A stretch of 64,000 nt of DNA, from assembly GCA_020279385.1 (NCBI GenBank), contig GCA_020279385.1_4762.1; one strand, 5' to 3'. This stretch comes from a phage. The position numbers and the translations under genes are program-made. Position 1 is the first letter of the stretch, and each line of letters starts with the position of its first letter. This document shows positions 8,202-18,087 of the stretch, piece after piece. Below the pieces are notes generated by a model. The model made no database searches. It saw nothing but the letters and a program-made list of their open reading frames with translations, and was not told the origin of the DNA.

Positions 8202-9566
8202 TCAACCCTTCTTAAGTTCTTTAAGATCTTTCTTATATTCCTTCATTGCGGTCGTCTTTGTCCAATACTCATATTCACTATGATGTTTATCGGCATCTTT
8301 GACCAGTCGATCATACTCTTCTTGAGTAACGCTATACAATGGCATAGAAACTAGCTTATCGGCGTATGGACGCAGTTTTTCATGTCCATTGATGGATTGC
8401 ATTACCTCGGCCTTTTTCTTTCCCTGTAGCTCGATTTCGCCCTTAATTACAAGGTCGATAAATTCAGCTTTAGCCATTGCATAATTGTATGCTTCCAGTG
8501 TTTCCGCTTGCATCAATTCAATGCGTTTATCTACATAGCCTAATCGGATTTCGACGAATCGACGGATCAGATCGCTCGCTTTTTCGAATACTTCTACTAA
8601 ACCACGTTCGTTAACTACTACGATATTCTGGGCTACTAACTGCGTTAGTTTAAAATCCTTCATGATTTGCTCATGTCGAGCGGATTCATCTTCGCTTTTG
8701 AAATAATCACGTTTCAGTGTTACTTCAAATCTGAATCCGTCCTTAGAGCAACGGTCATTATACGATACAATCAGATCTTTTTCTTCCAGTGCATCCAGTA
8801 CCGCTACATATTCTTCACGGTCGAACTTATAAGGAACTTCTGATATTGTCAGTTTAGTCTTGCCGTTTAGTTCATATGTACCCTCAAGAATCACACCATC
8901 GCGATCATCTCGCGGGATAACTTTACCCGTGAATTTCGGGAATTGAACACTAGGTTCTTTATCCAGTTTTCCGGCAAGTGCTAGCTCTGTGCATTCAATA
9001 AGGCTTTCCAGTGAATGCGGTAAAATGTCAGTTTTATACCCTGTAGCAATACCACTAATACCATTAGCCAATACCATTGGCACAACTGGCAAGTAGAACG
9101 CTGGCGGGATGTGTTCCAGATCTTCGTGTTTAGGTGCGCAATTCATATCTTTATAGATTTTAAAGAAGTTTTCATGAACACGAGCAAAGATATAACGTGC
9201 CGCACCTGCTTTCTGGACTAAACGCGATCCGAAGTTACCTTGACCGTCAAGCAGTGGAGTATTATTGCTCCATGTATTCGCCATGAGTGATCCGGCTTCT
9301 ACGGCATTAGTTTCCCCGTGGTGATAACCCAACTCAGCAACACCAGATCCAATATCTGCCATCTTACGGAATTTCTTACGGTCGCCTTTACTCTTTTGAA
9401 GTGCGCACTCCATAACAAAGCGTTGCACTGGTTTAAGCCCATCCACTAATTGAGGAATCCCGCGTTCCTCGGCAGAATAGATCGCATATTCCTTAGCTTC
9501 ATTATGTACAATGCTTTCAAGGCTGCGGTAAGTAAATGTGTTTACAATTTGACTAATTTTATCCAT
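8202..9566 (-). CDS. 52: DNA topoisomerase II medium subunit gp52
   Basis: GyrA/ParC-like breakage-reunion region (PQLVDGLKPVQRFV, HGETNAVEAGSLMANTW, GQGNFGS, ARYIFARV) colinear with T4 gp52. Confidence 0.9.
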   Translation of the reverse strand: MDKISQIVNTFTYRSLESIVHNEAKEYAIYSAEERGIPQLVDGLKPVQRFVMECALQKSKGDRKKFRKMADIGSGVAELGYHHGETNAVEAGSLMANTWSNNTPLLDGQGNFGSRLVQKAGAARYIFARVHENFFKIYKDMNCAPKHEDLEHIPPAFYLPVVPMVLANGISGIATGYKTDILPHSLESLIECTELALAGKLDKEPSVQFPKFTGKVIPRDDRDGVILEGTYELNGKTKLTISEVPYKFDREEYVAVLDALEEKDLIVSYNDRCSKDGFRFEVTLKRDYFKSEDESARHEQIMKDFKLTQLVAQNIVVVNERGLVEVFEKASDLIRRFVEIRLGYVDKRIELMQAETLEAYNYAMAKAEFIDLVIKGEIELQGKKKAEVMQSINGHEKLRPYADKLVSMPLYSVTQEEYDRLVKDADKHHSEYEYWTKTTAMKEYKKDLKELKKG

Positions 9567-9573
9567 CTTCACC

Positions 9574-9936
9574 TCATACACGCTTACAAATCACATTCTT
9601 TACTTTATCAGATTTATCAGCCCAATCCAATAGCCATTTTAACGGAAGGATTGACACAATAAACGGGGCAGCAATCAAAGCAAACATGATACACCGGATA
9701 ATCAGGAAAGCGCAAGTAACAAAGCTAGCGATAGTGATCCCGACAAAACAAAATACCATAGAAAACAGAGTAATGATATAGAAAGGCCAGAATACCCACT
9801 CCCGCATCTTAACTCCTTTGTATTCTCTGAATTGCTTAAAATCTACAAACAACTCTCGGATAGACGCGTACAGGACCGAAAAATCATCTTTCATTGCTCT
9901 GAATGAGCAATCTTCTATTTTAGAATGACCTAGCAT
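9574..9936 (-). CDS. Small integral membrane protein (120 aa)
   Basis: Several hydrophobic helices (FYIITLFSMVFCFVGITIASFV, ALIAAPFIVSILPL). Confidence 0.55.
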   Translation of the reverse strand: MLGHSKIEDCSFRAMKDDFSVLYASIRELFVDFKQFREYKGVKMREWVFWPFYIITLFSMVFCFVGITIASFVTCAFLIIRCIMFALIAAPFIVSILPLKWLLDWADKSDKVKNVICKRV

Positions 9937-9938
9937 TA

Positions 9939-10232
9939 TTAACCGCCTTTAACCATTGATACAGGAATTGTTTTCTGATTTGTGTATAATTGGCCTACTT
10001 CAATTTTTTCTTGAATCACCACGACGTTACAATATCCACTGTCTTTAAGTTTTCTGATAATGACTCGCTTTTGTTCGTCGGTGATAGGATTGACTGTTCT
10101 CACCAATTCACCGCAAATAATAGCACCATCTTTACAATTACCAGTAACTTTCATGCTACGACCGTGAACAACAACCACATCACCGTAAATCACATTTTCG
10201 TCGTCGTATTTGGTAATAACCGTGACCGTCAT
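9939..10232 (-). CDS. Hypothetical protein (97 aa)
   Basis: SD GAGGGAA upstream. Confidence 0.6.
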   Translation of the reverse strand: MTVTVITKYDDENVIYGDVVVVHGRSMKVTGNCKDGAIICGELVRTVNPITDEQKRVIIRKLKDSGYCNVVVIQEKIEVGQLYTNQKTIPVSMVKGG

Positions 10233-10244
10233 AATGTATTCCCT

Positions 10245-10270
10245 CTAAGAAAGGCCGCGCAAAGCGGCCT
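10245..10270 (-). terminator. GC-rich hairpin, probable intrinsic terminator or attenuator
   Basis: AGGCCGC-GCAAA-GCGGCCT between two - strand genes; short U-tract on - strand. Confidence 0.45.
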
Positions 10271-10277
10271 ATGTTTA

Positions 10278-10604
10278 TTATTGTTCTACAGTATAACCGT
10301 TGTTTTCAAGCCATGCAATAACAATCTTTTCGCCAATTTCATCGAGCATTTCATCAGCGCCGTATTCTTTGATGAAAATCGATGGATCGTTATTGCTTAC
10401 TACGTGCTGGATCACAACATGTTCAGGAATTGCGTCTAGCAGTTCGCTATGATCATACTCATTAACGATATCTTCAACACTAACATTATTAACCAAATCA
10501 ACATCATCCATAGTCACAGTAACGCGACCGGACGGACGAAGTGAATATTGGCTACTTTCAACTTCAACATGTGCACTTTCGCAAGTAACTTTCATATCAA
10601 CCAT
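10278..10604 (-). CDS. Hypothetical acidic protein (108 aa)
   Basis: SD AGAGGAA upstream. Confidence 0.6.
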   Translation of the reverse strand: MVDMKVTCESAHVEVESSQYSLRPSGRVTVTMDDVDLVNNVSVEDIVNEYDHSELLDAIPEHVVIQHVVSNNDPSIFIKEYGADEMLDEIGEKIVIAWLENNGYTVEQ

Positions 10605-10618
10605 AATTAATTCCTCTG

Positions 10619-11611
10619 TTAGTAATGGCTAAAACCTTCGGTTACATCTTCAACCACATAGTAACGATGACAGCGCATTTTGGCATTCGCATAATCTTTC
10701 GGGATACTTACAACGTGACGCGGATCAACTTTACATTTAATGATTCGGCCTCGTCCACCGCCATAGTGCGGAATATAGTGTTTCGCTGCAACGTGGAGGC
10801 CATTAGAGCAAGTGCGATCATCATCTGGGTCCACGTCTTTACGCTTCATTTTAACCGTGCGCCCTGGGCTATTATCAAACGTATGCGTAAAGAAATCTTT
10901 ATAATCAACATCAACACGTTTCCATGCATAGAAACAACCATCTTCCACGATCTCAATGTCGTTGTGCTCTAAGAAGTCAAACAGACGATCTACCGCCTTA
11001 CGGCTAGGGTTTTTCTTGCACTTCTCAAAGAAGTTCAGATAGTGCGTATATGGCTTATTCTCTTTAATCGACTCCACAACTCGACGAGTCAGATTATTAT
11101 CAAGAACAATATTATGATAATACACAATACCATTTTCGATACGGAAAGCGCCGTGATAATATACTTCAACCGCTTTCTTAATGTCAATCAGCGTAATAGC
11201 TTTGATGAAATCATTATGTTTAATCGCTTCCAGTGCTTCATTAAAGTTAACATGTGATGGGTCAGCAGTATAAACAATGTCACCACATGTAATAGTAATA
11301 AATTTAGATGAGGCTATTGCTACGATTTTTGAGGAAGTAGTCACGGGCTTTTTTGCGCGTTCACCGCCTTTTCCTTTACTGGTTTTACGGCGTGCTTTAC
11401 GGTTTTCCAGTGCCTTGCGACCTTCCGCTACTGCGTCTTTCTGAATCAGTAATACACGGGAGGCAGTACGACGAGATACCCCAAATGCTGCCGCAAGTGC
11501 TTCGCGGGTAGTAAACTTACCTTCACCCCACTGTTTAGCCAGTTTGATTTGTTTCGCAGAATCCAGGCATTGAACGTTACGGTCAGAGACGGTGATTTTT
11601 GCTTTAGTCAT
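10619..11611 (-). CDS. rIIB: rIIB-like protein (by position) with N-terminal HTH-like segment
   Basis: Immediately downstream of rIIA in T4 order; ~330 aa; sequence not independently recognised. Confidence 0.5.
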   Translation of the reverse strand: MTKAKITVSDRNVQCLDSAKQIKLAKQWGEGKFTTREALAAAFGVSRRTASRVLLIQKDAVAEGRKALENRKARRKTSKGKGGERAKKPVTTSSKIVAIASSKFITITCGDIVYTADPSHVNFNEALEAIKHNDFIKAITLIDIKKAVEVYYHGAFRIENGIVYYHNIVLDNNLTRRVVESIKENKPYTHYLNFFEKCKKNPSRKAVDRLFDFLEHNDIEIVEDGCFYAWKRVDVDYKDFFTHTFDNSPGRTVKMKRKDVDPDDDRTCSNGLHVAAKHYIPHYGGGRGRIIKCKVDPRHVVSIPKDYANAKMRCHRYYVVEDVTEGFSHY

Positions 11612-11673
11612 AGTATTCATTCCTCTATTAGTTGGGCGACTATCGCCGCCCGATTCACATCATTATACCAGAA

Positions 11674-11805
11674 TTACTTTGCTTCGACAACCTTGCGGAT
11701 TGTGCGGTCTGATACATTATAGATTCGTGCCAGTTCGCCTTTAGTCAAGCCGCGAGCGTATTGTTTACGGATGGTTTCTTTCTGGATAGCGGTCAGTTTA
11801 GTCAT
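11674..11805 (-). CDS. 43-aa helix-turn-helix microprotein between rIIA and rIIB (not in ORF track)
   Basis: rc reads MTKLTAIQKETIRKQYARGLTKGELARIYNVSDRTIRKVVEAK; SD GAGGTGA upstream. Confidence 0.5.
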   Translation of the reverse strand: MTKLTAIQKETIRKQYARGLTKGELARIYNVSDRTIRKVVEAK

Positions 11806-11816
11806 AATATCACCTC

Positions 11817-13925
11817 TTAAAATTTAACATTCTTAACCAGTTTCATAAAGTCTTGTGCGCGTTTGTCGTTATGCAGAATACGATACCAGTTATCTACAAT
11901 ATCATACAGTAACGGGCTATTCTCTTTAAACTTCGCACAAACTGCTTTAATTCGTTCGTTTGCTACCGTGAATTTTTCATCACAGATCTTTTTAGTTTCT
12001 TCGTCCATAATCCAACGAGTACGAAGGAGTAACTTGGAAACCTCTTTATTATAATGACGACCGTACAGTCTGTCAATAAATTCTGGAACACAGCGTTCTA
12101 GTTCATCGTCATGAAACAACATAGTGATCACACCCAGATATTCGCCATACCCCAGATGATTGGTCTTAACCTTCTTAGCCAGACCAGCCAGCTTACCGCG
12201 AACAAATTCTAGCGCACATTCCAATTGTTCGTCAACGAGATATTTTTGTGTCTCGTTTCGAGTAATAATATACTTTGTTACCCCGAAGTAGTCAAGCGCC
12301 GTGTGTAATGTATTTTCACTATAGATCGATTTACGACTACGGCTTTCGAATGCATCACCTACGCGGAACATGTGCAAGCCTGATAACTCGCGAATCTCTG
12401 CCGCTTTCATGTGATGGCTGGTTTTATGCCAACTGTCACCAATCTTTTCCATGATATACACGTTAGGCAGCTTGGGAGTCGCTTCACGTTGTGTACGCTC
12501 GGTCTTTTCCGGTTTAACTGCTTTAGCACGCAGATCATCGGCCTCTGATACCTTAATCACGGTCATTTCAGAATCATCATAATACTGTTTGATGTACTCG
12601 AACGTCTCCATATGTTTTTCGTTGTTCTGACGGAACACCAGTACCTTTTTATTGATTCCGTATTCCTGGACCATGCCGTTAAGAGTCAGTGCACGCAGTT
12701 TCGGTTTATCGGTATCATCAATAAGACACGTAATATCTTCTTTATGCATCCATACAAAATGCGTAATGTTGTATTGACTGCTAACGAAAGCAGGGCGCAA
12801 TTTACTGATTGTGTGACGAGTACGATACAGAGTATACACCTGACCTTCTACGTCATTAGGAGAATCTTTACCCGCATTAACAAACTTATTATAGATTGCT
12901 ACCGGATCATCCCATTGTCCGATCTTACCCATCTTGCTAATAATATTGCGTTGAGTCGATGAATACTCGCTCATAAATTGCGCAAGTTTACGCTCTGTTT
13001 TAATGTTGGCGATCTTTTCTTTAACCTTTTCCAACATCATTTCATTGATTTCTGCAATGCGTTTTTCGATGTTCGCTTTAGTCTCAATTGACAAGTGAAC
13101 TTCTTCACGCGATGGCATAAGGTCCAGATCACCCAACTCAAAATTAATGTAAATGGTCTGGTGCTGGCGGTTTACAGCTTCTAACCATGTTCCGCGAACA
13201 TATTCATACGGGATCGGATACTGGATCTTACCCATGATTGCATATACTACATAGGAATCGTTATCACGCCCATTACAAACATAATAATTATCAAAGCTAG
13301 GGAAATAATTAATTTCGATTGCATTGATATTAGGTTTGTGTTCCCCAAAATGACGCAGTACAAACTGTGCTTCTCGATGCCACGTCTGAATGTCTTTTTC
13401 TTTCACCGGAATAGTGATTTTCAGACCATTGTCTTCATAGGTCGGTTCGTCGAAAATCTGCACCATTTTCGGCATAGAGTTTTGCACAAATGCCGTAAAG
13501 CCATAAGCGCGACCATTGTAATAGTTTACGATTGTAAAGGTGTCGGTATAGCTATAAGCAGACTTCGCACCTAAACCAAAAGATCCGATATAATCATTAG
13601 TCTGGTCTTTGGTTGATTCAAAGTAAACAGTAAACAGTTGTTCTAATTCTTTCTTAGATGGAATACCAGTACCATAATCGCGCACAGAAAAATACGGTTC
13701 GATTGCAGTCGGTAAATGAATGTCAAACGGACGATCTAAGGTTCCGGCTTCTTTGTGAGTGTCGGTAGCATTGCACGAATACTCACGGACGCAAGCACGT
13801 TCACAATATTGATAAGTGTTCTTAGAAAGCACCATAAAAGCCTTGCTACTTGCTTTCAGTGAAAAATCAACCGCACCGCTCAAGTCACTGCCAAATACTT
13901 CTTCATTATCAATATGCATTTTCAT
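11817..13925 (-). CDS. rIIA: rIIA protein (GHKL-type ATPase fold N-terminal region)
   Basis: 702 aa; GHKL motifs (N-box NATDTH, G1 DYGTGI, G2 GSFGLGAKS); T4 synteny between 39 and rIIB. Confidence 0.8.
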   Translation of the reverse strand: MKMHIDNEEVFGSDLSGAVDFSLKASSKAFMVLSKNTYQYCERACVREYSCNATDTHKEAGTLDRPFDIHLPTAIEPYFSVRDYGTGIPSKKELEQLFTVYFESTKDQTNDYIGSFGLGAKSAYSYTDTFTIVNYYNGRAYGFTAFVQNSMPKMVQIFDEPTYEDNGLKITIPVKEKDIQTWHREAQFVLRHFGEHKPNINAIEINYFPSFDNYYVCNGRDNDSYVVYAIMGKIQYPIPYEYVRGTWLEAVNRQHQTIYINFELGDLDLMPSREEVHLSIETKANIEKRIAEINEMMLEKVKEKIANIKTERKLAQFMSEYSSTQRNIISKMGKIGQWDDPVAIYNKFVNAGKDSPNDVEGQVYTLYRTRHTISKLRPAFVSSQYNITHFVWMHKEDITCLIDDTDKPKLRALTLNGMVQEYGINKKVLVFRQNNEKHMETFEYIKQYYDDSEMTVIKVSEADDLRAKAVKPEKTERTQREATPKLPNVYIMEKIGDSWHKTSHHMKAAEIRELSGLHMFRVGDAFESRSRKSIYSENTLHTALDYFGVTKYIITRNETQKYLVDEQLECALEFVRGKLAGLAKKVKTNHLGYGEYLGVITMLFHDDELERCVPEFIDRLYGRHYNKEVSKLLLRTRWIMDEETKKICDEKFTVANERIKAVCAKFKENSPLLYDIVDNWYRILHNDKRAQDFMKLVKNVKF

Positions 13926-13939
13926 AATATAATCCTCAC

Positions 13940-14197
13940 TTAATTAAAATCTTCTTTGTCCATCTCTGCGTAGATTACATCCCACGCCCATAAATCAATA
14001 AACGCATTATATGTCACGGTGCAATCGTTGTCAATCACTTCTTTCGCATATTTCTTGATGTTTTCGTAGGAAACTTGCGGATCAATTTTGTGTTTACGAA
14101 GGTGTGCATATTCATACCTCAAACATTTCATAAACAGGTCCATCGATTTCTTTTCTCGATGACACTTGGCGATCAGAAAATCAAAACTTCGACTCAT
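13940..14197 (-). CDS. Hypothetical protein (85 aa)
   Basis: ORF on early strand. Confidence 0.55.
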   Translation of the reverse strand: MSRSFDFLIAKCHREKKSMDLFMKCLRYEYAHLRKHKIDPQVSYENIKKYAKEVIDNDCTVTYNAFIDLWAWDVIYAEMDKEDFN

Positions 14198-14207
14198 TTT
14201 CTACTCC

Positions 14208-14402
14208 TTATACATTTTCAATCACCCATTGCAGATGGGCTTCTGCGTCAACCAGTTCAGCGCGGCTTTTCTCTAAGCACTTGCTGTATTCTTTACGTTC
14301 CCAATCAGCAATTTCGTTTTTCAGGACTTCTTCATAGTAAGCAATTACGCCTTTCAGATCGGAAACTTTACGGCTTGCCAGTTCGATGTAATGGTTACGC
14401 AT
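14208..14402 (-). CDS. Hypothetical protein (64 aa)
   Basis: ORF on early strand. Confidence 0.5.
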   Translation of the reverse strand: MRNHYIELASRKVSDLKGVIAYYEEVLKNEIADWERKEYSKCLEKSRAELVDAEAHLQWVIENV

Positions 14403-14589
14403 TTTGATTCTCCTTTGTTACTAGATAACGAATTTGGTCTTGCATTGCGATCAGTTCCCAGCGTGCTACTTTCATCATGGAAACTGACTCTTTGAACATA
14501 ATATTAGCTTTTTCCATCTCCCCTGTCAAGTAGATTTCTGCAATTTTTTCACAAAATTTTTGAGTTTCTTCATTCTTAAACGGTTTCAT
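14395..14589 (-). CDS. Hypothetical protein (64 aa from first ATG)
   Basis: Track ORF begins with TTG at 14598; first ATG at 14589. Confidence 0.5.
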   Translation of the reverse strand: MKPFKNEETQKFCEKIAEIYLTGEMEKANIMFKESVSMMKVARWELIAMQDQIRYLVTKENQNA

Positions 14590-14619
14590 ATAAGTCAACC
14601 TTTTGTTTTCGATGGGGAC

Positions 14620-14648
14620 ATTATGATATATCCCCGATCCAGTGTCAA
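14620..14648 (-). promoter_or_regulatory. Early promoter with inverted repeat around -10 (PeSL-like)
   Basis: rc TTGACA-17nt-CATAAT; GGGGA/TCCCC arms flank the -10. Confidence 0.6.
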
Positions 14649-14655
14649 CAGATTT

Positions 14656-14955
14656 TTAATCTTTTTTCAATGCATCCATTACTCGCTCTGCGATCAGTTC
14701 TCGTAAGCACTGATAACCATGATATTTGATGGCAATGTCACGCAGATCATTAACCAGTTCCCGTACTTCATGGTCTTTCAGATCGTCTCTGTATTTCGAT
14801 TTAATCGTATCTTTAGGTGGATTGCGGATAACCTGAAAACCTTGTTCTGCAATCACTGCGGCTTCTCGCTGGCGTTCATGCTGTACTGTATTTTTGATCA
14901 GGTCTGCTTCCATGAACTTTGCCATACTCATCATCATGTTATTCTTTTTGCTCAT
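14656..14955 (-). CDS. Hypothetical protein (99 aa)
   Basis: SD GAGGA before ATG at 14955; longer track ORF overlaps the promoter. Confidence 0.55.
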   Translation of the reverse strand: MSKKNNMMMSMAKFMEADLIKNTVQHERQREAAVIAEQGFQVIRNPPKDTIKSKYRDDLKDHEVRELVNDLRDIAIKYHGYQCLRELIAERVMDALKKD

Positions 14956-14978
14956 TATTAAATCCTCATAAAAGAAAA

Positions 14979-15017
14979 GGGAGACTCCCATTATAGAGAA
15001 TCTCCCTTGTATGTCAA
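14979..15017 (-). promoter_or_regulatory. Early promoter with flanking inverted repeat, immediately downstream of gp39 stop
   Basis: rc TTGACA-16nt-TATAAT; GGGAGA/TCTCCC arms flank the -10. Confidence 0.6.
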
Positions 15018-15020
15018 GTG

Positions 15021-16844
15021 TTATGATTGCATCCAAATTTTGCGGCGGTTTGAATCTTCGCTATAGAGCAAATCGAATAGCTCTTTATAGTTTTCCGGTA
15101 ACGTGATGATCTCCATTACAGGATCGTTGATCACGCGATGATAGTCTGATTCTGTGAGCGATGCTAAACCTTTGATATATCGAATGTTGTAACCTTTGAT
15201 ATTATCTCGATCGTTCTCGAAATCTTCTAGGTCATAATACCATCGAACATCATCACCTTTCTTTGGTTCAGCAATGATAATAGGTGTTTTGATAAACCGG
15301 ATTCGTCCATCTTCGAACAATTCAGGCCAACGTGCAAAGAAAGAGATCAGACTAGGTTTAATAGACCCGATCCCGTCAGTATCAGCGTCGGTCATAATCG
15401 CAATATTTTTGTATTGCATAACTTCCAATGCATCAACACCAAATTGCAAGCCAGTGATCGCCATGATGTTAAAAATTTCGGCGTTCTTAACGATCTTTGC
15501 CTCTGGTTGTTCCCACGTTGTAAGAGTTTTGCCTCGCAACGGGAAACCGCCATGTAAATCTTGATCACGTACAGAGATCAGATAGTTGATCGCGGAATCA
15601 CCTTCCGTCAAAAACAGGGTAGTTTCTGCGTCAGTTCCAATAAGGTTAGCTTTAACGTGTTTTGCTACCTTAGCCCGTTTCGCTGCCTTTGCTGCCTTAG
15701 TCGCTGCCGCTTTATCTGCTGCCTCTTTGCGTGCCAGGACTACAGCAATAATAGGCATGATAATGTTTTCTTTCTTCGCAATGACTTTAGCCAGTTTTTT
15801 AAAATCCAGATCAATATGACGCTTGATATCACCAGTTGGATTAGTCAATCGTTCTTTTGTCTGTGAATCAAAGCGCAAGTTAGGCAATTCACGAACAATA
15901 AGAATACAGGTCAATCCAGATTTAACCGCAGCTTTAGTAACATCAACCTTATATTCTTTCTTGATTCGTTTTACAATCTCTTCACAAAGATCATCTGTCA
16001 CATAATCAACGTGTGTTCCCCCGTTTTTGGTAAACAGACCATTAGCAAAGGATACTGATTTAAAACCTTCACCCTCAACCGCAGGAACTAGGGCAAGTGA
16101 AAAGTTTTTATCTTCAATGACAAACGGATCATCATTGTATAGTTTAGCATAATCCTTGAACTTACTAACAATGCGTTTACCATTAAACTTAAACGTGATC
16201 TTAGGAAAGATTACGCTCAATGATTGCAGACGATCATGAACAATATCTAAAACAGAGTTGTCCATCATATAACCTTCGAAGTGGTCGAAGTCTGGACAAA
16301 ATGTAACCTTCGTTCCCTTCAATTTTGATGGTTTTGATGACCATGTGATATTTTCAGCACCGTTTGTGCATTGAACGGTCATTTCTGTTTCGCCGTCACA
16401 GGTCACACCAGTAAACCAATCGCTAAAGAAATTTGATAACGACGACCCAACACCGTTCATCCCTTGCGTTAATCGATTGGTATCATCAAAGTTAGACCCT
16501 GCTTTTGTTCGTGTCCATGCGGCTACAGGTTGCGGAATCTGCGTGCCCTCTGGGGTAGTAACCATATGTTGAGGAATACCGCGACCATTGTCTGTTACCG
16601 TAACAATATTGTTTTGGATATCGACGCTAATCACATTGGCAAATTCAAAGTTAGTGCGGATCGCCTCGTCTACAGAGTTGTCGATGATCTCATCAATGAT
16701 TTTAACCAGTCCAGGAACGTATGAAATTTTTGTCCATTTACCGAACAGGAAACGTTGATGTTCTTCGTAAGTTGTTGATCCTATATACATTCCTGCACGC
16801 TTAAGGACATGTTCACGATCAGATAAAATGCGAAACTCACTCAT
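15021..16844 (-). CDS. 39: DNA topoisomerase II large subunit gp39 (GyrB-like ATPase + Toprim; uninterrupted 39+60 type)
   Basis: 607 aa; GyrB-like N-terminus (ILSDREHVLKRAGMYIGS), ATPase and Toprim regions. Confidence 0.9.
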   Translation of the reverse strand: MSEFRILSDREHVLKRAGMYIGSTTYEEHQRFLFGKWTKISYVPGLVKIIDEIIDNSVDEAIRTNFEFANVISVDIQNNIVTVTDNGRGIPQHMVTTPEGTQIPQPVAAWTRTKAGSNFDDTNRLTQGMNGVGSSLSNFFSDWFTGVTCDGETEMTVQCTNGAENITWSSKPSKLKGTKVTFCPDFDHFEGYMMDNSVLDIVHDRLQSLSVIFPKITFKFNGKRIVSKFKDYAKLYNDDPFVIEDKNFSLALVPAVEGEGFKSVSFANGLFTKNGGTHVDYVTDDLCEEIVKRIKKEYKVDVTKAAVKSGLTCILIVRELPNLRFDSQTKERLTNPTGDIKRHIDLDFKKLAKVIAKKENIIMPIIAVVLARKEAADKAAATKAAKAAKRAKVAKHVKANLIGTDAETTLFLTEGDSAINYLISVRDQDLHGGFPLRGKTLTTWEQPEAKIVKNAEIFNIMAITGLQFGVDALEVMQYKNIAIMTDADTDGIGSIKPSLISFFARWPELFEDGRIRFIKTPIIIAEPKKGDDVRWYYDLEDFENDRDNIKGYNIRYIKGLASLTESDYHRVINDPVMEIITLPENYKELFDLLYSEDSNRRKIWMQS

Positions 16845-16947
16845 TATTAAACCTCTTCATAACATAACCATAACTTACTGCAACCGCCACAAAGACGGCT
16901 GCAACAATCATATTAAAAATTGAGTGATTGTCAAGTATATGACTCAT
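16837..16947 (-). CDS. Possible 36-aa hydrophobic microprotein coupled to gp39 start
   Basis: rc reads MSHILDNHSIFNMIVAAVFVAVAVSYGYVMKRFNNE; ATGA overlap upstream, stop overlaps gp39 start. Confidence 0.3.
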   Translation of the reverse strand: MSHILDNHSIFNMIVAAVFVAVAVSYGYVMKRFNNE

Positions 16948-17117
16948 GACACGCGCACATTTTTATCATAGTACCCGCCATTAATCCCGCGCGGGGCAGT
17001 TAATCCCTGTTTGCATTCTTTACCACATTCAGGGCATTCTGCCTTTTCACGCTCGGAAATTTTGCGGATTTTCTGAAATTGACCGTGTTCTTCACAAGAA
17101 TAATCGTATAATGGCAT
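16944..17117 (-). CDS. Zinc-ribbon small protein (FmdB-like CxxC...CPxCG)
   Basis: MPLYDYSCEEHGQF...CPECGKEC; start moved to internal ATG after dexA stop. Confidence 0.55.
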   Translation of the reverse strand: MPLYDYSCEEHGQFQKIRKISEREKAECPECGKECKQGLTAPRGINGGYYDKNVRVS

Positions 17118-17118
17118 A

Positions 17119-17787
17119 TTATCCCCTTTGTTTCTTAACTGAATTTGGATCTGGATTTTCTGGTAGGTCTTCCAGACCCATAGCATAACGTTGTGCATAG
17201 ATTAGCATAAGAATATCGCGAGCGCAATCATGAATTGCATCATGTGCGATAAAACCATCTAGCGTACCCATTGGTAACGGACACTCACACATCCCGCGAT
17301 GCATCAATGTACGCTCAATGGCGGTGCGAACATCTCGGATATTCCAGAATCGCACAGGTTCAAGGCTGAACGTCTCTCGTGTATTGTGTGCACGGCGGAT
17401 CATATCAACTAGTAACGGAATATCAAACGCATTACCGCGTGACCACAATACGGATTTAACCGGATCTACTCCTACGGCTTCACAGAATGCGTTAAAACGC
17501 GCTAAACCTTCTTTAGTTGATACTTCCGTACCATTTGTGATTAATTGCTTTCTCATGCCTTCTGAGGCGGTATTCTTCCACCATTCAACCACACCATGAT
17601 CAAACACCCTTACACCTTTCTGGGAAGGAATATCAAATTTTACCAGAAAGGAATTGTCAACCAGTTCTTTAAATGTAGGTGGATTGTGCGGATCTTCTTT
17701 AAATCCGATTGCCGCCATATTGATAACCGCCCCATCAGGCGGATAACCTAAACTTTCAAAGTCAATCATTAAATCCACTGGAAGCAT
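17119..17787 (-). CDS. dexA: Exonuclease A (DexA, DnaQ-like 3'-5' exonuclease)
   Basis: N-terminus MLPVDLMIDFESLGY resembles T4 DexA; SD GGAGG upstream; position between 39 and dda. Confidence 0.75.
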   Translation of the reverse strand: MLPVDLMIDFESLGYPPDGAVINMAAIGFKEDPHNPPTFKELVDNSFLVKFDIPSQKGVRVFDHGVVEWWKNTASEGMRKQLITNGTEVSTKEGLARFNAFCEAVGVDPVKSVLWSRGNAFDIPLLVDMIRRAHNTRETFSLEPVRFWNIRDVRTAIERTLMHRGMCECPLPMGTLDGFIAHDAIHDCARDILMLIYAQRYAMGLEDLPENPDPNSVKKQRG

Positions 17788-17788
17788 T

Positions 17789-18031
17789 TTAAATATCCTC
17801 CGCGATATGCCGGAACAACTCCAGATCGTTTTTATCCAGAATGAAACCGCTACAATCAATAATCCCGTTACCGTAATTATCGGTTAACAGTCGTTCCGTT
17901 GCCATGTATGCGCGTACTTTGTTGTTAAAATTCATTACATGTTGTGCATAGTCACAATGAATCTTTTGACGGTTCCACGCGACAATTGATTGTAGATGTA
18001 TTACATTAGCCACATTATTAATAACAACCAT
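17789..18031 (-). CDS. Hypothetical protein (80 aa)
   Basis: ATG coupled (TGAtATG) to upstream small ORF. Confidence 0.5.
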   Translation of the reverse strand: MVVINNVANVIHLQSIVAWNRQKIHCDYAQHVMNFNNKVRAYMATERLLTDNYGNGIIDCSGFILDKNDLELFRHIAEDI

Positions 18032-18087
18032 ATCAAAACCCTCGCTTAGTGGAATGTTCTGGCATTTTATTGATACATTCAGCTTGG
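18028..18087. repeat. Direct repeat copy A (~60 bp)
   Basis: catatcaaaacc-ctcgcttagtgg-aatg...attttattgatacattcagctt; ~85% identical to copy B. Confidence 0.6.

Noticed and set aside
15586-15819. Several + strand ORFs of 60-120 aa overlapping gp39, gp43, gp46 and other - strand genes (for example 15586-15819, 35953-36237, 27845-28279)
   Set aside because: They are fully embedded antisense to well-supported conserved genes, lack SD sequences and have low-complexity composition; treated as spurious.
16944-17198. N-terminal extension of the zinc-ribbon ORF containing QIQIQIQ
   Set aside because: The extension overlaps dexA in another frame and has no SD; the real start is the internal ATG (MPLYDYSC) directly after the dexA stop.
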